The position numbers were made by a program, and so were the translations under genes. Positions 22,005 through 32,922 of a DNA stretch of 64,000 bases are shown here, in pieces. The first letter of the stretch is position 1, and each line of letters opens with the position of its first letter. The DNA comes from an uncultured Holophagales bacterium (GTDB taxonomy: Bacteria; Acidobacteriota; Thermoanaerobaculia; Multivoradales; UBA5704), in assembly GCA_963842525.1 (NCBI GenBank), contig CAWJGT010000006.1, forward strand, positions 1-64,000. Direction: 5' to 3'. A model generated the notes under the pieces. That model did not search any database. It saw only the letters and a program-made list of their open reading frames with translations, and was not told where the DNA came from.

Positions 22005-22781
22005 TCAGCGGCCCGTCCACTGCGCCGGGCGCTTTTCGAGGAAGGCCTTGACCCCCTCCTCCTTGTCGGAGCTGGAGAAGCAGAGGCAGAAGAGGTCGCG
22101 CTCGTAGGCGATCCCCTCCTCGATCGCCAGCCGCTGGCTGGCCCGCAGCGCTTCCTTGGCGACCGTCAGGGTGAGCGGGCTCTTGCTGGCGATCTTGCCG
22201 GCCAGCTCCAGGGTCTTCGCCCGCAGCTCCTCGTGCGGCACGATCAGGTCGACGAGGCCGATCTCCTTGGCCTCGGCGGCCGGGATCATGTCGCCGGAGA
22301 GGATCAGCCGCATCGCCTGGCCGAGCCCGACGAGCCGCGGGAGGCGTTGCGTGCCGCCGCCGCCCGGGATGAGGCCGAGGTTGATCTCCGGCTGGCCGAA
22401 GCGCGCCTTGTCGGAGGCGATCCGGATGTCGCACGACATGGACAGCTCGCAGCCTCCGCCCAGGCAGAAGCCGTTGATCATGGCGATCACGGGCTTGGGG
22501 AACGAGCCCATGATGTCGAAGATCCGCGGGCTGCGCATGGCGTGCCGCTGGTCGAACGGGGTGCGGCCGGCGAACTCGCCGATGTCGGCCCCGGCGATGA
22601 ACGACTTCTCGCCCGCGCCGGTGATGACGACGACGCCCACGCCGTCGTCGGTCTCGATCTGCCCCAGGGCCTCCAGCATGTCGATGCGGACCTGGTCATT
22701 CAGGGCATTCAGCTTGTCGGGCCGGTTCACGGTCAGGATGGCGACGCGGCCTTCGCGTTCCACCAGGATGGTCTCGGGCAT
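22005..22781 (-). CDS. Enoyl-CoA hydratase/crotonase
   Basis: NRPDKLNAL, FIAGADIGE, GGGCEL, GQPEINLGLIPGGGGTQRLPR. Confidence 0.95.
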   Translation of the reverse strand: MPETILVEREGRVAILTVNRPDKLNALNDQVRIDMLEALGQIETDDGVGVVVITGAGEKSFIAGADIGEFAGRTPFDQRHAMRSPRIFDIMGSFPKPVIAMINGFCLGGGCELSMSCDIRIASDKARFGQPEINLGLIPGGGGTQRLPRLVGLGQAMRLILSGDMIPAAEAKEIGLVDLIVPHEELRAKTLELAGKIASKSPLTLTVAKEALRASQRLAIEEGIAYERDLFCLCFSSSDKEEGVKAFLEKRPAQWTGR

Positions 22782-23034
22782 GGGTGTCTCTCCTCCCCCG
22801 GAAGTTCGTTGGCCGGACGATCCTATCGTCCCCATGGCCGGATGGACAGAGGGCCGGCCGGCCGAGGTCCAGGCGGAACGCTCCGTGGAGCGGGGCGACC
22901 CGACCGTGGTCCAGGCCACCTGGGCCACGGGGTGGGGAGAGGCCCGGCGCTGCCCATCTCGCCTCTCGTGTGTCTGTTACACTTTTTAGTTGGGTCTTCC
23001 CCTTAATTAAGACGCCTTGACCAGGAGATCTCTC

Positions 23035-25932
23035 ATGAGCGCAACCCACGCCGTCGTGGAAGCCGACGAGAAGAGGGCTGGCGAGGTTCTGAGCAGCAGC
23101 GGCACGCCGGCCGCGGACGAGATGCTGGAGCTGGCGAAGCGGCTCGCACGGTTCAAGCGCATCGGCCTGGCGCGGCGCATCTTGAAGCGCACCCGGGAGG
23201 ATCTGAAGAGGGACGAGTACCCCGGGATCTACCTGGAGATTCACCAGAAGAGCGCCCTCTACACCTACAAAGACCCCGACCTTCCTCTGGAATGGCGCCT
23301 CGATCACGCTTTCGAAATCCTCCGCCAGGTGGAAGACCTCTCCAGGACGGAGAGTCAGGAATCGCTCGGCCTGGCGGGTGCGATCTACAAGCGCAAGTGG
23401 GAGGTGGACGGGTTGCGGCAGAATCTCGAACGCGCGCTTTTCTTCTACATGCGCGGCTACGCGCTGGGCATCCGGGGGCAGCACGCCGAGGCCGGGCGCG
23501 CGAACGTGATCGGGTACCTCCGCGAGAACCCGGGCTGCACGCTGTGGGCGGACGACGACCGCGGCTACTGCGGGATCAATGCCGCCTTTGTGCTCGACCT
23601 GCTCGCACAGGAGGAGGAAGGAGAGGCGCGACGGGCGGGGCTCGTCTCGATCGCCGCTGAAGGGAGGCGCGCGAGTGCGCGGCTGATCCGCGCGGAGATC
23701 CTCCGGTCGGTCCCACCCCTGTTGGAGAAACCGGAGAATGCGTGGCTGGCCAACCAGTGGTGGTTCTATGCCACCCTCGGTGAAGCCTGTTTCGGACTTG
23801 GGGAGCACGACCCGGCGCAGTACGACAAGGCTTTCGAATGGCTGGTGGAGAAGCCTGCCTCCGCCGGGCTGGAAATCCCCGAATGGGAATATGAGTCCAC
23901 GGCGCGGCAGCTCGCGCGATTGGCGCGGCTCCAATGCGATCCGGCGATCACCGAAGAGCAATTCGAGCAGACCGCAGCCGGCAAGGCGCTGGCAGAGTTT
24001 TTGGAAAACGATGATAAGGCCGTGCGGAGCACCTTCCGCGGCAAGTTCGGGTTGGGCCTGTCCGGCGGGGGCTTCCGCGCTTCTCTCTTCCACATCGGCG
24101 TGCTCGCGCGTCTCGCCGAGCTCGACGTGCTCCGCCACATCGAGGTTCTCTCGTGCGTCTCCGGGGGCTCGATCATCGGGGCGCACTATTACCTGGAGCT
24201 GCGCAAGCTGCTCGAAACGAAGACGGACGACGAGATCGAGCAAAAGGATTACATCAAGATTGTCCAAGACATCGAGCGCGACTTCCTCGCGGGGGTGCAA
24301 CGCAACATCCGTACGCGCGTCCTGGCCGAATGGACAACCAACCTGAAAATGATCCTTTCGGCCGGCTACACACGCACGCTGCGCGTCGGTGAGCTCTACG
24401 AGCGCGAGCTCTTCTCGAAGGTCAAGGACGGCGCGGACGGCGAGGGGCCGGTCCAAGGGCCCAAGTGGGTGCCGGACTGGCTGGCGCGGCTCCTGGGCTG
24501 GAAGCGCGAGCAACGCCTGCTCAACGAGCTTTTCATCAACCCGAAGCTCGCCGGCGGGAGCAGACAGAAAGACTTCAACCCACGGAGCCATAACTGGCGG
24601 CGCAAGAACAAGGCGCCGATCCTCGTCCTCAACGCGACCTCGCTCAATACGGGCCACACCTGGCAGTTCACCTCCTCGTTTATGGGCGAGCCGCCTGTCC
24701 CGATCAACCGGGACATCGACTGCAACTACCGTTTGCGGCGCATGTATTACAAGGATGCGCCCGAAAAATATCGGAGCTTCCGGCTCGGCTATGCGGTCGC
24801 CGCTTCGTCCTGCGTGCCCGGGCTGTTCGAGCCGCTCGTCCTCGACGGCCTCTACCCGGACGGCGACGGCAAGCTCAAGGAGGAGCACCTCATCAGCGTG
24901 CGGCTCGTGGATGGCGGTGCGTGCGACAACCAGGGCGTCGGCAGCCTGCTCGAACAGGATTGCACAGTGATGCTTGTCAGCGACGCCAGCGGGCAGATGG
25001 ATGCGGTGAACAGCCCGGGCGGCGGGCCGGTCGGAGTCCTTTTGCGGACGAGTAGTGTCAGCCAGGCGCGCGTCCGCGAGGCGCAGTACACGGACATCTC
25101 CGCGCGCCGCCGCTCCTCGCTCCTTCGCGGGCTGATGTTCATCCATCTCCGGCAGGACCTGCAGGGCGAAAACGTGGCTTGGAAGGACTGCCCGTCCAGC
25201 CTGAAAGAATCGGACTTCGAGAGCCGGCAGGGCAAGAGCGATGCGACGAGCTTCGGCGTTAGCGCGGATGTGCAGCGGAAGCTCTCGGCGCTGCGCACCG
25301 ATCTCGACTCCTTCAGCGACGCTGAGGCGTACGCACTGATGGCGAGCGCCTACCGCATGACCGAGCAGCAGCTCAACAAGCGGAGCGTCGAGGGCTTTCC
25401 GCCGCCCGCGAAGACGGAAGAATGGCGTTTCCTCAAGGTCGAAGGTGCCATGAAGCCCCGCTCCAACGACCAGGAGCGGAAACATCTCGAACGGCTGCTC
25501 GACGTGGGGAGCAGCCTCGCCTTCAAGATCTGGAAGCTGTCACGGCTGCTCATTGTTCTGAAGTGGGTGCTCGTCCTGGCCGCGCTCGCCGGCATCGCTT
25601 GGCTCTTCTATCGCCAGTGGGACAAGAACATCTTCGACCTCATCTCGGAAGCCGTCCCCCGGCTGACCTTCAAGAACATCGCACTGTTCATCGCGACGAC
25701 GCTCGGGTTCGCCCTCCTCGCCGCCCTCCTCAACGCCCTCATCGGCAAGAAACAGGGAAAGAACGTCCTGCGCCTCATCCGCTGGCGCGACACACTGAAG
25801 AACATCGCCGCCGGCGTCGGCATGAGCACCGTCGGCTTCCTCGCCGCGCGTCTTCACCTGCACGTGTTCGACCGGCTCTTCCTCGCCAACGGAAGGCTCG
25901 AGAGGTTCCCGTCCGAGCCGGCGATGAAGTGA
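23035..25932 (+). CDS. TPR-sensor (DUF4071/MAP3K TRAF-binding-like) + patatin phospholipase + C-terminal TM helices
   Basis: ESLGLAGAIYKRKW, YCGINAA, WWFYATLGEA, WEYESTARQL; patatin motifs LSGGGFRA, SCVSGGS, VDGG. Confidence 0.85.
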   Translation: MSATHAVVEADEKRAGEVLSSSGTPAADEMLELAKRLARFKRIGLARRILKRTREDLKRDEYPGIYLEIHQKSALYTYKDPDLPLEWRLDHAFEILRQVEDLSRTESQESLGLAGAIYKRKWEVDGLRQNLERALFFYMRGYALGIRGQHAEAGRANVIGYLRENPGCTLWADDDRGYCGINAAFVLDLLAQEEEGEARRAGLVSIAAEGRRASARLIRAEILRSVPPLLEKPENAWLANQWWFYATLGEACFGLGEHDPAQYDKAFEWLVEKPASAGLEIPEWEYESTARQLARLARLQCDPAITEEQFEQTAAGKALAEFLENDDKAVRSTFRGKFGLGLSGGGFRASLFHIGVLARLAELDVLRHIEVLSCVSGGSIIGAHYYLELRKLLETKTDDEIEQKDYIKIVQDIERDFLAGVQRNIRTRVLAEWTTNLKMILSAGYTRTLRVGELYERELFSKVKDGADGEGPVQGPKWVPDWLARLLGWKREQRLLNELFINPKLAGGSRQKDFNPRSHNWRRKNKAPILVLNATSLNTGHTWQFTSSFMGEPPVPINRDIDCNYRLRRMYYKDAPEKYRSFRLGYAVAASSCVPGLFEPLVLDGLYPDGDGKLKEEHLISVRLVDGGACDNQGVGSLLEQDCTVMLVSDASGQMDAVNSPGGGPVGVLLRTSSVSQARVREAQYTDISARRRSSLLRGLMFIHLRQDLQGENVAWKDCPSSLKESDFESRQGKSDATSFGVSADVQRKLSALRTDLDSFSDAEAYALMASAYRMTEQQLNKRSVEGFPPPAKTEEWRFLKVEGAMKPRSNDQERKHLERLLDVGSSLAFKIWKLSRLLIVLKWVLVLAALAGIAWLFYRQWDKNIFDLISEAVPRLTFKNIALFIATTLGFALLAALLNALIGKKQGKNVLRLIRWRDTLKNIAAGVGMSTVGFLAARLHLHVFDRLFLANGRLERFPSEPAMK

Positions 25933-25943
25933 AGGGGCAGTAG

Positions 25944-28586
25944 CTATCCTTTCTGCCGGGTGAGGATCTCCAGGTAGGCGAGGCGGGCCCGCAGGGCTTC
26001 CGCCACCGTCCTCTCGTGCAGAGCCAGCAGGTGGGCGTCGGCGGGATCGGCCGAGAGGTGAGCTTCGACGTCGCCGGTCAGGGAAATGCGGGTGCGGGCC
26101 TTCAGCCGGCCGCTGGCGGGATCGGCGGGGTCGGCGGCGGCATAGGTGGACACCGTGAGGGTCGTGAGGTCGTGCCTGTCGCCTTCGACCCGAAGGGCCG
26201 GCGACGGCGGGTCGGCCTTCGGCACGGCGGCGAAGCCGGGAAGGTCGATGGGCGCGAAGTGGATGCGCTGGAGGGGCGCAGGGACAGGCGGCAGCAGCTT
26301 TTCCCAATAGATCGGGCGGATAAAGGCCGGCCCCTTGCTCGCGCCGAGGCCCAGGGCATGGCGCCACTCCTGCTCCACATAGGCGGACCGGCTGGCCGGG
26401 GTGGACCAGAAGAGCTGAAAGACGTCGGCGCGCTCGATCATCCCGAGCAGCTCGTCCGACCAGCTCTGCCCGCTCTTGAGGGTCATCACGTCCCGCAGGT
26501 AGTCCATTCCCAGAGCGTTGTACGCCTTCTCCATGGCCTCCACCAGCGCCGTGTCGTCGTGGGAGTAGGAGGCGAAGATGGCCTGGTAGAGGCGCGCCGA
26601 CTGGACGGCTGGTTTCTGCTGCTCCTCCAGGTCGCCTGGCCGCGGAACCACCACCGGCAGGCGGAGGTCGGCGATGAGGAGCGGCCCCACGTAGCAGGCA
26701 ATGGAGCCTTCGATCACATGCCCAGCGCGCTCGCCAGTGGCAGTCATGGAGAAGTCAGCCCGCTGCCAGGCTCCAGACCAGGTGATGCGGGCCTGGGGCG
26801 GATCGAAGAGCAACCCCTCTCCCTGGGGCACGACGAGGATCTCTGTGCCGGGCGCGATGGCCGTGGTGGCCGCGGCCTTCGCCTGGCGGTAGCCCGCGGC
26901 CTCCTTGCCCAGGACCTGCCCCGCGTCGGCAGCCACCGCGTCCCGGGCCGAGAGCAGATGGGCATAGACCAGGAGCTTCGCGGTCTCCCCAACCGGCAGC
27001 GCGCTGGGGTGCCAGGCGCTGAAATTGACCTCGTCCGCAGGGGCTGACAGGGCAACCTCCGAGGGGACGCCGAAGGGTACCCAAGGGGCTGGGCCGGCGG
27101 GTGGCTTCTCCTGCCGCCCTGTGATCACGGGCGGCTCCAACGCCCTCACTGTCTCCCCGGGGGCGGCGACGGGCAGCCGCACCGCGGGATCGCCCAGGAT
27201 CGCGTAGCCGCGCGCGTCGTTGTTGGCGGTCCACAGGCCGGCCAGCTCATAGGGATCGACCTCGACGCCGAATCCGATCTCCTCGAGCTGATCGGCGAGC
27301 ACGGTGGAGAGCTCGGCGTAGCGCTCGTTGAGGTACTCCATGGCCGAGCCCACGGGATGGCCGTCGAGGAGGCGCGTCAGCGCGCTCTCGAAGACCGTCG
27401 TCTGGGCGCCCGCGCCATGCCAGTGGAAGGAATAGCCCCAGGCCCGTTCCACATGGCCGATCACGGCCAGGGCGCCGCCGCGGGGATGGCCGAGCAGCCT
27501 TGTGGGCAGCGCTGCCAGGAAGGCCTCGGGAGCGATGGCGGCGCGGTCCTTGAACGCCTGCTGGGCGAAGTCGTCGAGCCGCGGCGTGCCGGCGCCGAAG
27601 CAGGCGAAATGGAAGGTCATGAGGCCCGCGAGGGAGGCGCCGGCCGCCAGATCGTCGCCGGCGAAATAGAAGTCCTGCGGGATCGGCCCCCGCCAACCCT
27701 CCGGCCCCGGCCAGTCGCCGCACAGCAGCGCGCCCTGGTGCGGCCGTTGCCGCGGATCGCCGAGGGGGAACTCCATGCCGTGGCTGGCGGTGAAAAGCAG
27801 GGCCGGCGTGTCCCCGCCGCCCAGCAGGCGGGCGAGGTTGGCCTTGGTGGCCTCGTTCTGGACCAAGGCGCTCAGCTCCCAGTCCGGCCGTGCCGCGCCC
27901 AGGGCTGCGAGAAGAGGCGCCACCAGGTCTCGCGTGCTCAGCCGGGTGGCGGCGTCGCCGGGGTTCTCGACGCCGAAGAAGCTCATCCGCCGCGGCAGAG
28001 CGATCTTGCCCGTCTCCGCGGCCACCACGCTCGCGGCGTACCGGGCATAGTCCTCGACGCGGTCGAAGTGAAGACGGCCCACGGCGTACTGGACGTCGAG
28101 CTGCGATTGGAAGCGGTAGGGGATCGCTTCCGGGCTGCCCACGATCAGCAGGTAGTAGGGCACCTTCGCCGGATCGGCCGGCCCCGGGCCGACGCCGTGG
28201 CGGGCGAGGAATTTCGACTTGGCCTCGCCGGGCCGGTAGCCGCCGGCCTTTTCATACGCCCTGAACAGGTCGCCGGCCTGCTCCCGGCGCAGATCGAGCA
28301 GCGGCGCGAGCGCCTCGCGGACCGCCGGATCGGCGTCGTGGGCGAAGATCACCCCCCAGCCGGCCTGGTCGAGCCGCTTGGGGTCGACCCCCTCCTTGAC
28401 GCCGTAATGCCGGCTGTCCTTTTGCTGCTGGCGAAAGCGCAGCTCGGCAAGGTTTTCGGGTTTCTCCTCGCCGCGGAGGAAGCTGGACAGCTCCTCCCCG
28501 GTCATCGGCGGCAGGCCGTAGTCGCCGGTGGCGCCGTTGACGCCGTTGAAGGTGAGGAGGTGGCCGGCGGGGTTGGGGGTGGTCAT
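25944..28586 (-). CDS. Caspase/gingipain (C25)-like protease fused to a C-terminal TIR domain
   Basis: VPYYLLIVGSP, AVGRLHF, His in FTASHG, Cys in FACFGAG, ILGDPAVRL; TIR IFASYSHDD...ADVFQLFWS...SAYVEQEW. Confidence 0.82.
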   Translation of the reverse strand: MTTPNPAGHLLTFNGVNGATGDYGLPPMTGEELSSFLRGEEKPENLAELRFRQQQKDSRHYGVKEGVDPKRLDQAGWGVIFAHDADPAVREALAPLLDLRREQAGDLFRAYEKAGGYRPGEAKSKFLARHGVGPGPADPAKVPYYLLIVGSPEAIPYRFQSQLDVQYAVGRLHFDRVEDYARYAASVVAAETGKIALPRRMSFFGVENPGDAATRLSTRDLVAPLLAALGAARPDWELSALVQNEATKANLARLLGGGDTPALLFTASHGMEFPLGDPRQRPHQGALLCGDWPGPEGWRGPIPQDFYFAGDDLAAGASLAGLMTFHFACFGAGTPRLDDFAQQAFKDRAAIAPEAFLAALPTRLLGHPRGGALAVIGHVERAWGYSFHWHGAGAQTTVFESALTRLLDGHPVGSAMEYLNERYAELSTVLADQLEEIGFGVEVDPYELAGLWTANNDARGYAILGDPAVRLPVAAPGETVRALEPPVITGRQEKPPAGPAPWVPFGVPSEVALSAPADEVNFSAWHPSALPVGETAKLLVYAHLLSARDAVAADAGQVLGKEAAGYRQAKAAATTAIAPGTEILVVPQGEGLLFDPPQARITWSGAWQRADFSMTATGERAGHVIEGSIACYVGPLLIADLRLPVVVPRPGDLEEQQKPAVQSARLYQAIFASYSHDDTALVEAMEKAYNALGMDYLRDVMTLKSGQSWSDELLGMIERADVFQLFWSTPASRSAYVEQEWRHALGLGASKGPAFIRPIYWEKLLPPVPAPLQRIHFAPIDLPGFAAVPKADPPSPALRVEGDRHDLTTLTVSTYAAADPADPASGRLKARTRISLTGDVEAHLSADPADAHLLALHERTVAEALRARLAYLEILTRQKG

Positions 28587-29060
28587 GGGAGGTCCGTCCC
28601 GATGGGAAACTCCGGTGATTCCGGCTGTCTTCCGGCAACGCTGAGGAGCACGGTGACGTCGCCGGTCTGGTCTTCGTCGGTTTGGATGCGGACCGTATAG
28701 GCACCGGTGCTCCCGAGCGGATGCCCCTGGATCAGCGCATTGCCGTTGTTGCCGCCATCGTCGTTCGAACGCCTCCTCCTGCCCGGAAGGATCGAGGAGG
28801 CGGACGTTCGGATCGAGGCCCGGTGTCGTGCCGGTGACGCTCACGTCGATGACCTTTCCAGCTTCTCCGTCGAAGACGTAGTCGGCCGGCTTACCCCACA
28901 GGCTGACCGGGAGGGCGGTGCCGGGCTCCAGCCGGCCGCCCAACTGAGGCGAGGGCCCTTCGTATTCCGAACCTGATTCCTCCTTTTTGCATCCGCAGAT
29001 CACAACCAGGACGAGAAGCAAAGCCGGGAGCATCGATGGTCGGGAACGAAGCCTGGGCAT
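28583..29060 (-). CDS. Small lipoprotein with a PPC-like beta domain (1-nt insertion near 28,768 fuses it to the next ORF in the track)
   Basis: Lipobox VICGC; DPNVRLLDPSG...F(N)DDGG...GAYTVRI; the corrected stop overlaps the ATG at 28586. Confidence 0.65.
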
Positions 29061-29063
29061 CTG

Positions 29064-32000
29064 CTATCTCTTTTCTCTGGCGCAGGATGCGGGCCTGGGC
29101 TCGAAGTGGACCCAGGTTGCGCACTCCTCTTCGTTCAGCTCGCCGCGGCCCGCGAGGCTCCGGGCCGCGGCATCCCAATCGAGGTCCAGGAGAAGAACGG
29201 TGCGGTCGCTCGAAGCGGCGGCGAGGGTGCTTCCATCGCGGCTCACGGTCAGGCCGTTGATGCGGCTGCCATGCTGCACGCGGCCGATCTCCTGGCGGGT
29301 CTCCGGATCCCAGAAGATCAACAGCCCGCCGTCGTCCGCCGAGACCAAGTCGTCGCGGGCGAAAGCGACCGCCGAAACCGGCTTCTGGTGACCGGCCAGA
29401 CAGCCGAGGAATTCCCCGGAGGGCATCTTCCACAGGTACACGCAGCGGAGGACGCCCGCCCAGCTTCCGGCGGCGACGAAACGTCCATCGGGGCTCTCGG
29501 CAACCGCTGCCAGGATCTCGCCACCATAGGATGGGATTGGTACCAGATTGGCTTTGCTTTTGCCGGTCGCCACGTCCCATTCGATCACTTTTCCCGTCGC
29601 GTCGCTCGCCAGCAGAGTCCCGGTGGAGCGGACGAGAAGGCTCCAGATATTGTCCTCATGGGTGGCCAGCGGTTGGCTGCCCGGCGGCTTCTGATCGAGC
29701 CTCCACCGCACGAGGTCCTCGCCCTCGGCCGCGAAGAGGGATTTGCCGTCCGGGCTGAAAGCGACTGCGTTGACCGGTTTCGAGGCGCTCCATTGCGCGG
29801 CCTCCACCGGCTTGCCACTCTTCCCGTCGATCCGCCAGAGGTGCAGGGTCCCGGTTTCCTTGTCACGGCTGCCGGCGGCGATCCATTGGCCGTCCGGGCT
29901 GAAGGCCACGGCCCGGCTCGAGCCGGGGCTTCCCGGCAGCACGGCTCCTTCGCCGGTACCGGGATCCCAGAGCCGGACGCTTCCGTTTTCGACAGCCGCA
30001 GCAGGCTCGGGCTCGACAGCCGCGGCGGGCTCGGGCTCGGCAGCCTCAGCGGGCTCGGGCTCGGCAGCCGCGGCCTCGGTAACCTCAACCGTCATGGCGG
30101 GCTCGGTAAGGGCCAGATCCTCGGCTTCCGAAAGGCCTCCGCCGGGGTTCCAGCCTTCTGCCGAGACGAGCGAACGGCCCTTTGGGGCGAACGCAACAGC
30201 CCACACTTCATTGCCGTGCCCCTGGAGCAGGTGGCCGAGCCGCTGCCGGTTGTCCGGTTTCCAGAGGATCAGCTTGCCGTCACTTCCGGCGGATGCGAGG
30301 ACGTCTCCTGCCTCGTTGAAAGCGATGCCCGGCACGGCTGCATCGTGGCCGAGGAGGGGTTTCGGTTTTTCCATCTCCCGTTGCAGCAGGACATCTCCGG
30401 CATGCGACAGCAGGAGCTCGAGATCCTCCCGATGGCTCTCCAGGTCTGACAGATCGGTCCCTGACGCGATCAGGTCGTCCAGGAGGGCCGGCAGAAACTC
30501 TTCCGCCTCCAGGTCCAGCAGAGCGATCCCTTTCTCGCCGGCTCCGGCCAGGACCGCGCCATCGGGCCGGAAGGCGAGGCTCCGGACCGGCATCTTCGCG
30601 TCCAGTTCCCTGTGCCGCAAGGTGGCCGGGTCCCAGAGCGAGATGGCGCTTCCCTTCGCCGCGGCCGCGAGCCGCCGGCCGGCAGGATCGAATGCGAGGG
30701 CCTTGAGATCGGAGACCTTCTCCGCGAGCGGTTGCCGCACCGGAGTCAGGGAGAGGCCGGTGAAATTCCACAGCTCGACGGCGCCCTCCCACTCGGAGCC
30801 CAAGGCCAGGCGGGCGCAATCCGGGGTCATGGCGATTCGTGCGACGCGCGGCCCCTTCTGCAACACCTGCGGCTTCTCGGTGCCGTGGAGCCGCCAGAGG
30901 CTCACCTCGTCCTTGGTGTTCCAGGCGAGCCGGCTCTCCCCGCCCCGGCGGCAGAAGGCCAGGCTCCGGACGACGGTGCCGGGCTGCGGCGTTGCATACC
31001 GGCGCGGCGGGCTCACGCTCACGTCCCAAAGGCCGAGGAGGCCGGCGTTGGCCGCCGTCTTTCCGCCGGCGGCGAGCCACCGGCCATCGGGGCTGAACGC
31101 GAGGGTCCGCACCTCGAAGGCTCCGGCCAGGCGCAAGGGGGACCCCGGGAGCTGCCTGCCGGTGGCGAGGTCCCAGAGCTCGACGGACTCGGACTCTCCG
31201 GCCACGGCGAGGACCGGGCCGCCGGGCCGGAACGCGACCCGCCGCCCGCTGCTCCCGGCGGCTGGCAGGAAGCGCCACAGGCGGGGGTTTTGCTGGACGG
31301 CGGCGAGCAGGCTCCTGCGCGCTTCGATCGTGGGAGCGAGCCGGCCCGCTTCCAGGGCGAGCACGGTCGCCACGCCGAGCTGGCTGTCCAGAAGCTGAGA
31401 GGAGCGGAGGGCCAGCTCGCGGGAGGCCGTGCGGCGCTGCTCTCGTCGCATGGCGGTGTAGGCAGACCATGCCCAGAGGAGCGCCACGAGCGCAACCAGG
31501 GAGGTGCCGAGGGCCAGCCATCGCCGCCGCACGTACCGGCGCTCCTGGTCGGCCAGCTCCTGCACCTTCCGGGACTCGGCGAAGAAGCGCCGCTCCAGCT
31601 CGGTGACCCGCGCGGCGTTCTCCTCCTCCCAGCGCGAAGCCTCGGCCAGCATGGAGCCCGACAGCAGGAGCCCGGCCGGCCGGCCCTGGAGCTTCCCAGA
31701 GAACGGCCTGCCGTTGCGCCGGGACGAGGTGCTCCTTGCGCCAGACGGCATTGTCGCGTTGGACCGGCTCGATCAGGCGGTCGTGGGCCAGCTCGTACCA
31801 GGTTTTCCCTGCCCGATTCTCCGCGCGCACCAGGTGCGTGGCGCGGAGCTGCTCGATCCATTTGTCGGCCAGCCCGCCGCTCGTTCCGGCCTCCCGGAGC
31901 ACCTGGCCGCGAACGCTTCCGGCAGTGATCAGCTTCTCGCCGAACCAGTCGCGGATCGCCCGCTCGGCCAGGGGGTCTCCCGCGGCGATCCGCGCCACCG

Positions 32001-32922
32001 AATCCTTGTAGTAGGCCGCCAGGGCAGCGGTCACGTCGGCGAAGCGCTCCAGATCCTCGGGATCGACCGAGAGGTCGCCCTCCGGCATGGCATCCCACAG
32101 CCGCCGGCAGACCACCTGGAGCTGCACCGGCTCGACATGCTGGCCGATCACGGGCACGAACGAGCCGTCGTCCTGCTGCACCTTGACCGTCGCCAGGTCG
32201 GTCACCAGCTTGTCGACCGCCGGGAACTCGCGGCCTGCGTCGCGCGCCGGCAGGACGATCGCCTCGCGGGCCGCGTTGAGGCTCAGCAGGTCGATCCGGA
32301 AACGGTTCTTGAGATGCGTGGGCACCTGCCGGGCGTAGGGGTCGAGAGGAGCCAGATAGTCCTCGCGCAGCGCGAAGAGGGCCCACACCCGCGGGTTGCG
32401 CAGCAGCTCGCCCAACTGATCGAAAAACTCATGCTTGGCCGCGACCCCCAGCGGATCGACGGTCAGGACCTCCTCGAATTGATCAAAGAGAAGGATTACG
32501 TTCGGCGGCGCCGACCGCCGCCGCGGACGCTTTTCGAAGTAGCCTGCCAGGGTCTGGCCGGCGAGCACCTCCACCGGCCGGCGCAGGCTCTCGGGGACCT
32601 TTTCCTCGAACCCCCGGATCGCGCTCAGCGCGTAGCGGTTCCTTGCGGCGTCGATCGCCGAAGCCAGCTCCGTGTTGACGCGGGTGGGGCCCCAGACATC
32701 GAACGAGCGGGCGAGCAGCGGCAGCAGGCCTGCCTGCACCAGCGAGCTCTTGCCCGCCCCGGACGGCGAATGGAGCAGCATGATGCGCTCGGCATTGAGG
32801 CGGAGATGCAGCTCGCCGACCTCGCGCTCACGGCCATAGAGCCGATCGCCCGGCTCGAACGGCTGCGGGCCGACGAAGGGATTTGGGCCGGCCTTCCCCT
32901 CACCCAACCGTGACCCAGTCAT
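29064..32922 (-). CDS. STAND-class (nSTAND1-like) NTPase + TM helix + WD40 propellers, copy B (frameshift near 31,690)
   Basis: NPFVGPQPF..LYGRE, Walker A SPSGAGKSS, Walker B LFDQFEEV, LREDY, YELAHDRLI; multiple VAFSPDG/GH...WD repeats. Confidence 0.88.

Noticed and set aside
22696-25485. 929-aa antisense ORF and other long opposite-strand ORFs
   Set aside because: Expected shadow ORFs of high-GC coding regions, with no recognisable motifs.
25944-29060. 1038-aa secreted lipoprotein-protease-TIR fusion
   Set aside because: One extra base near 28,768 creates the fusion; the corrected frame gives a separate lipoprotein whose stop overlaps ATG 28586.
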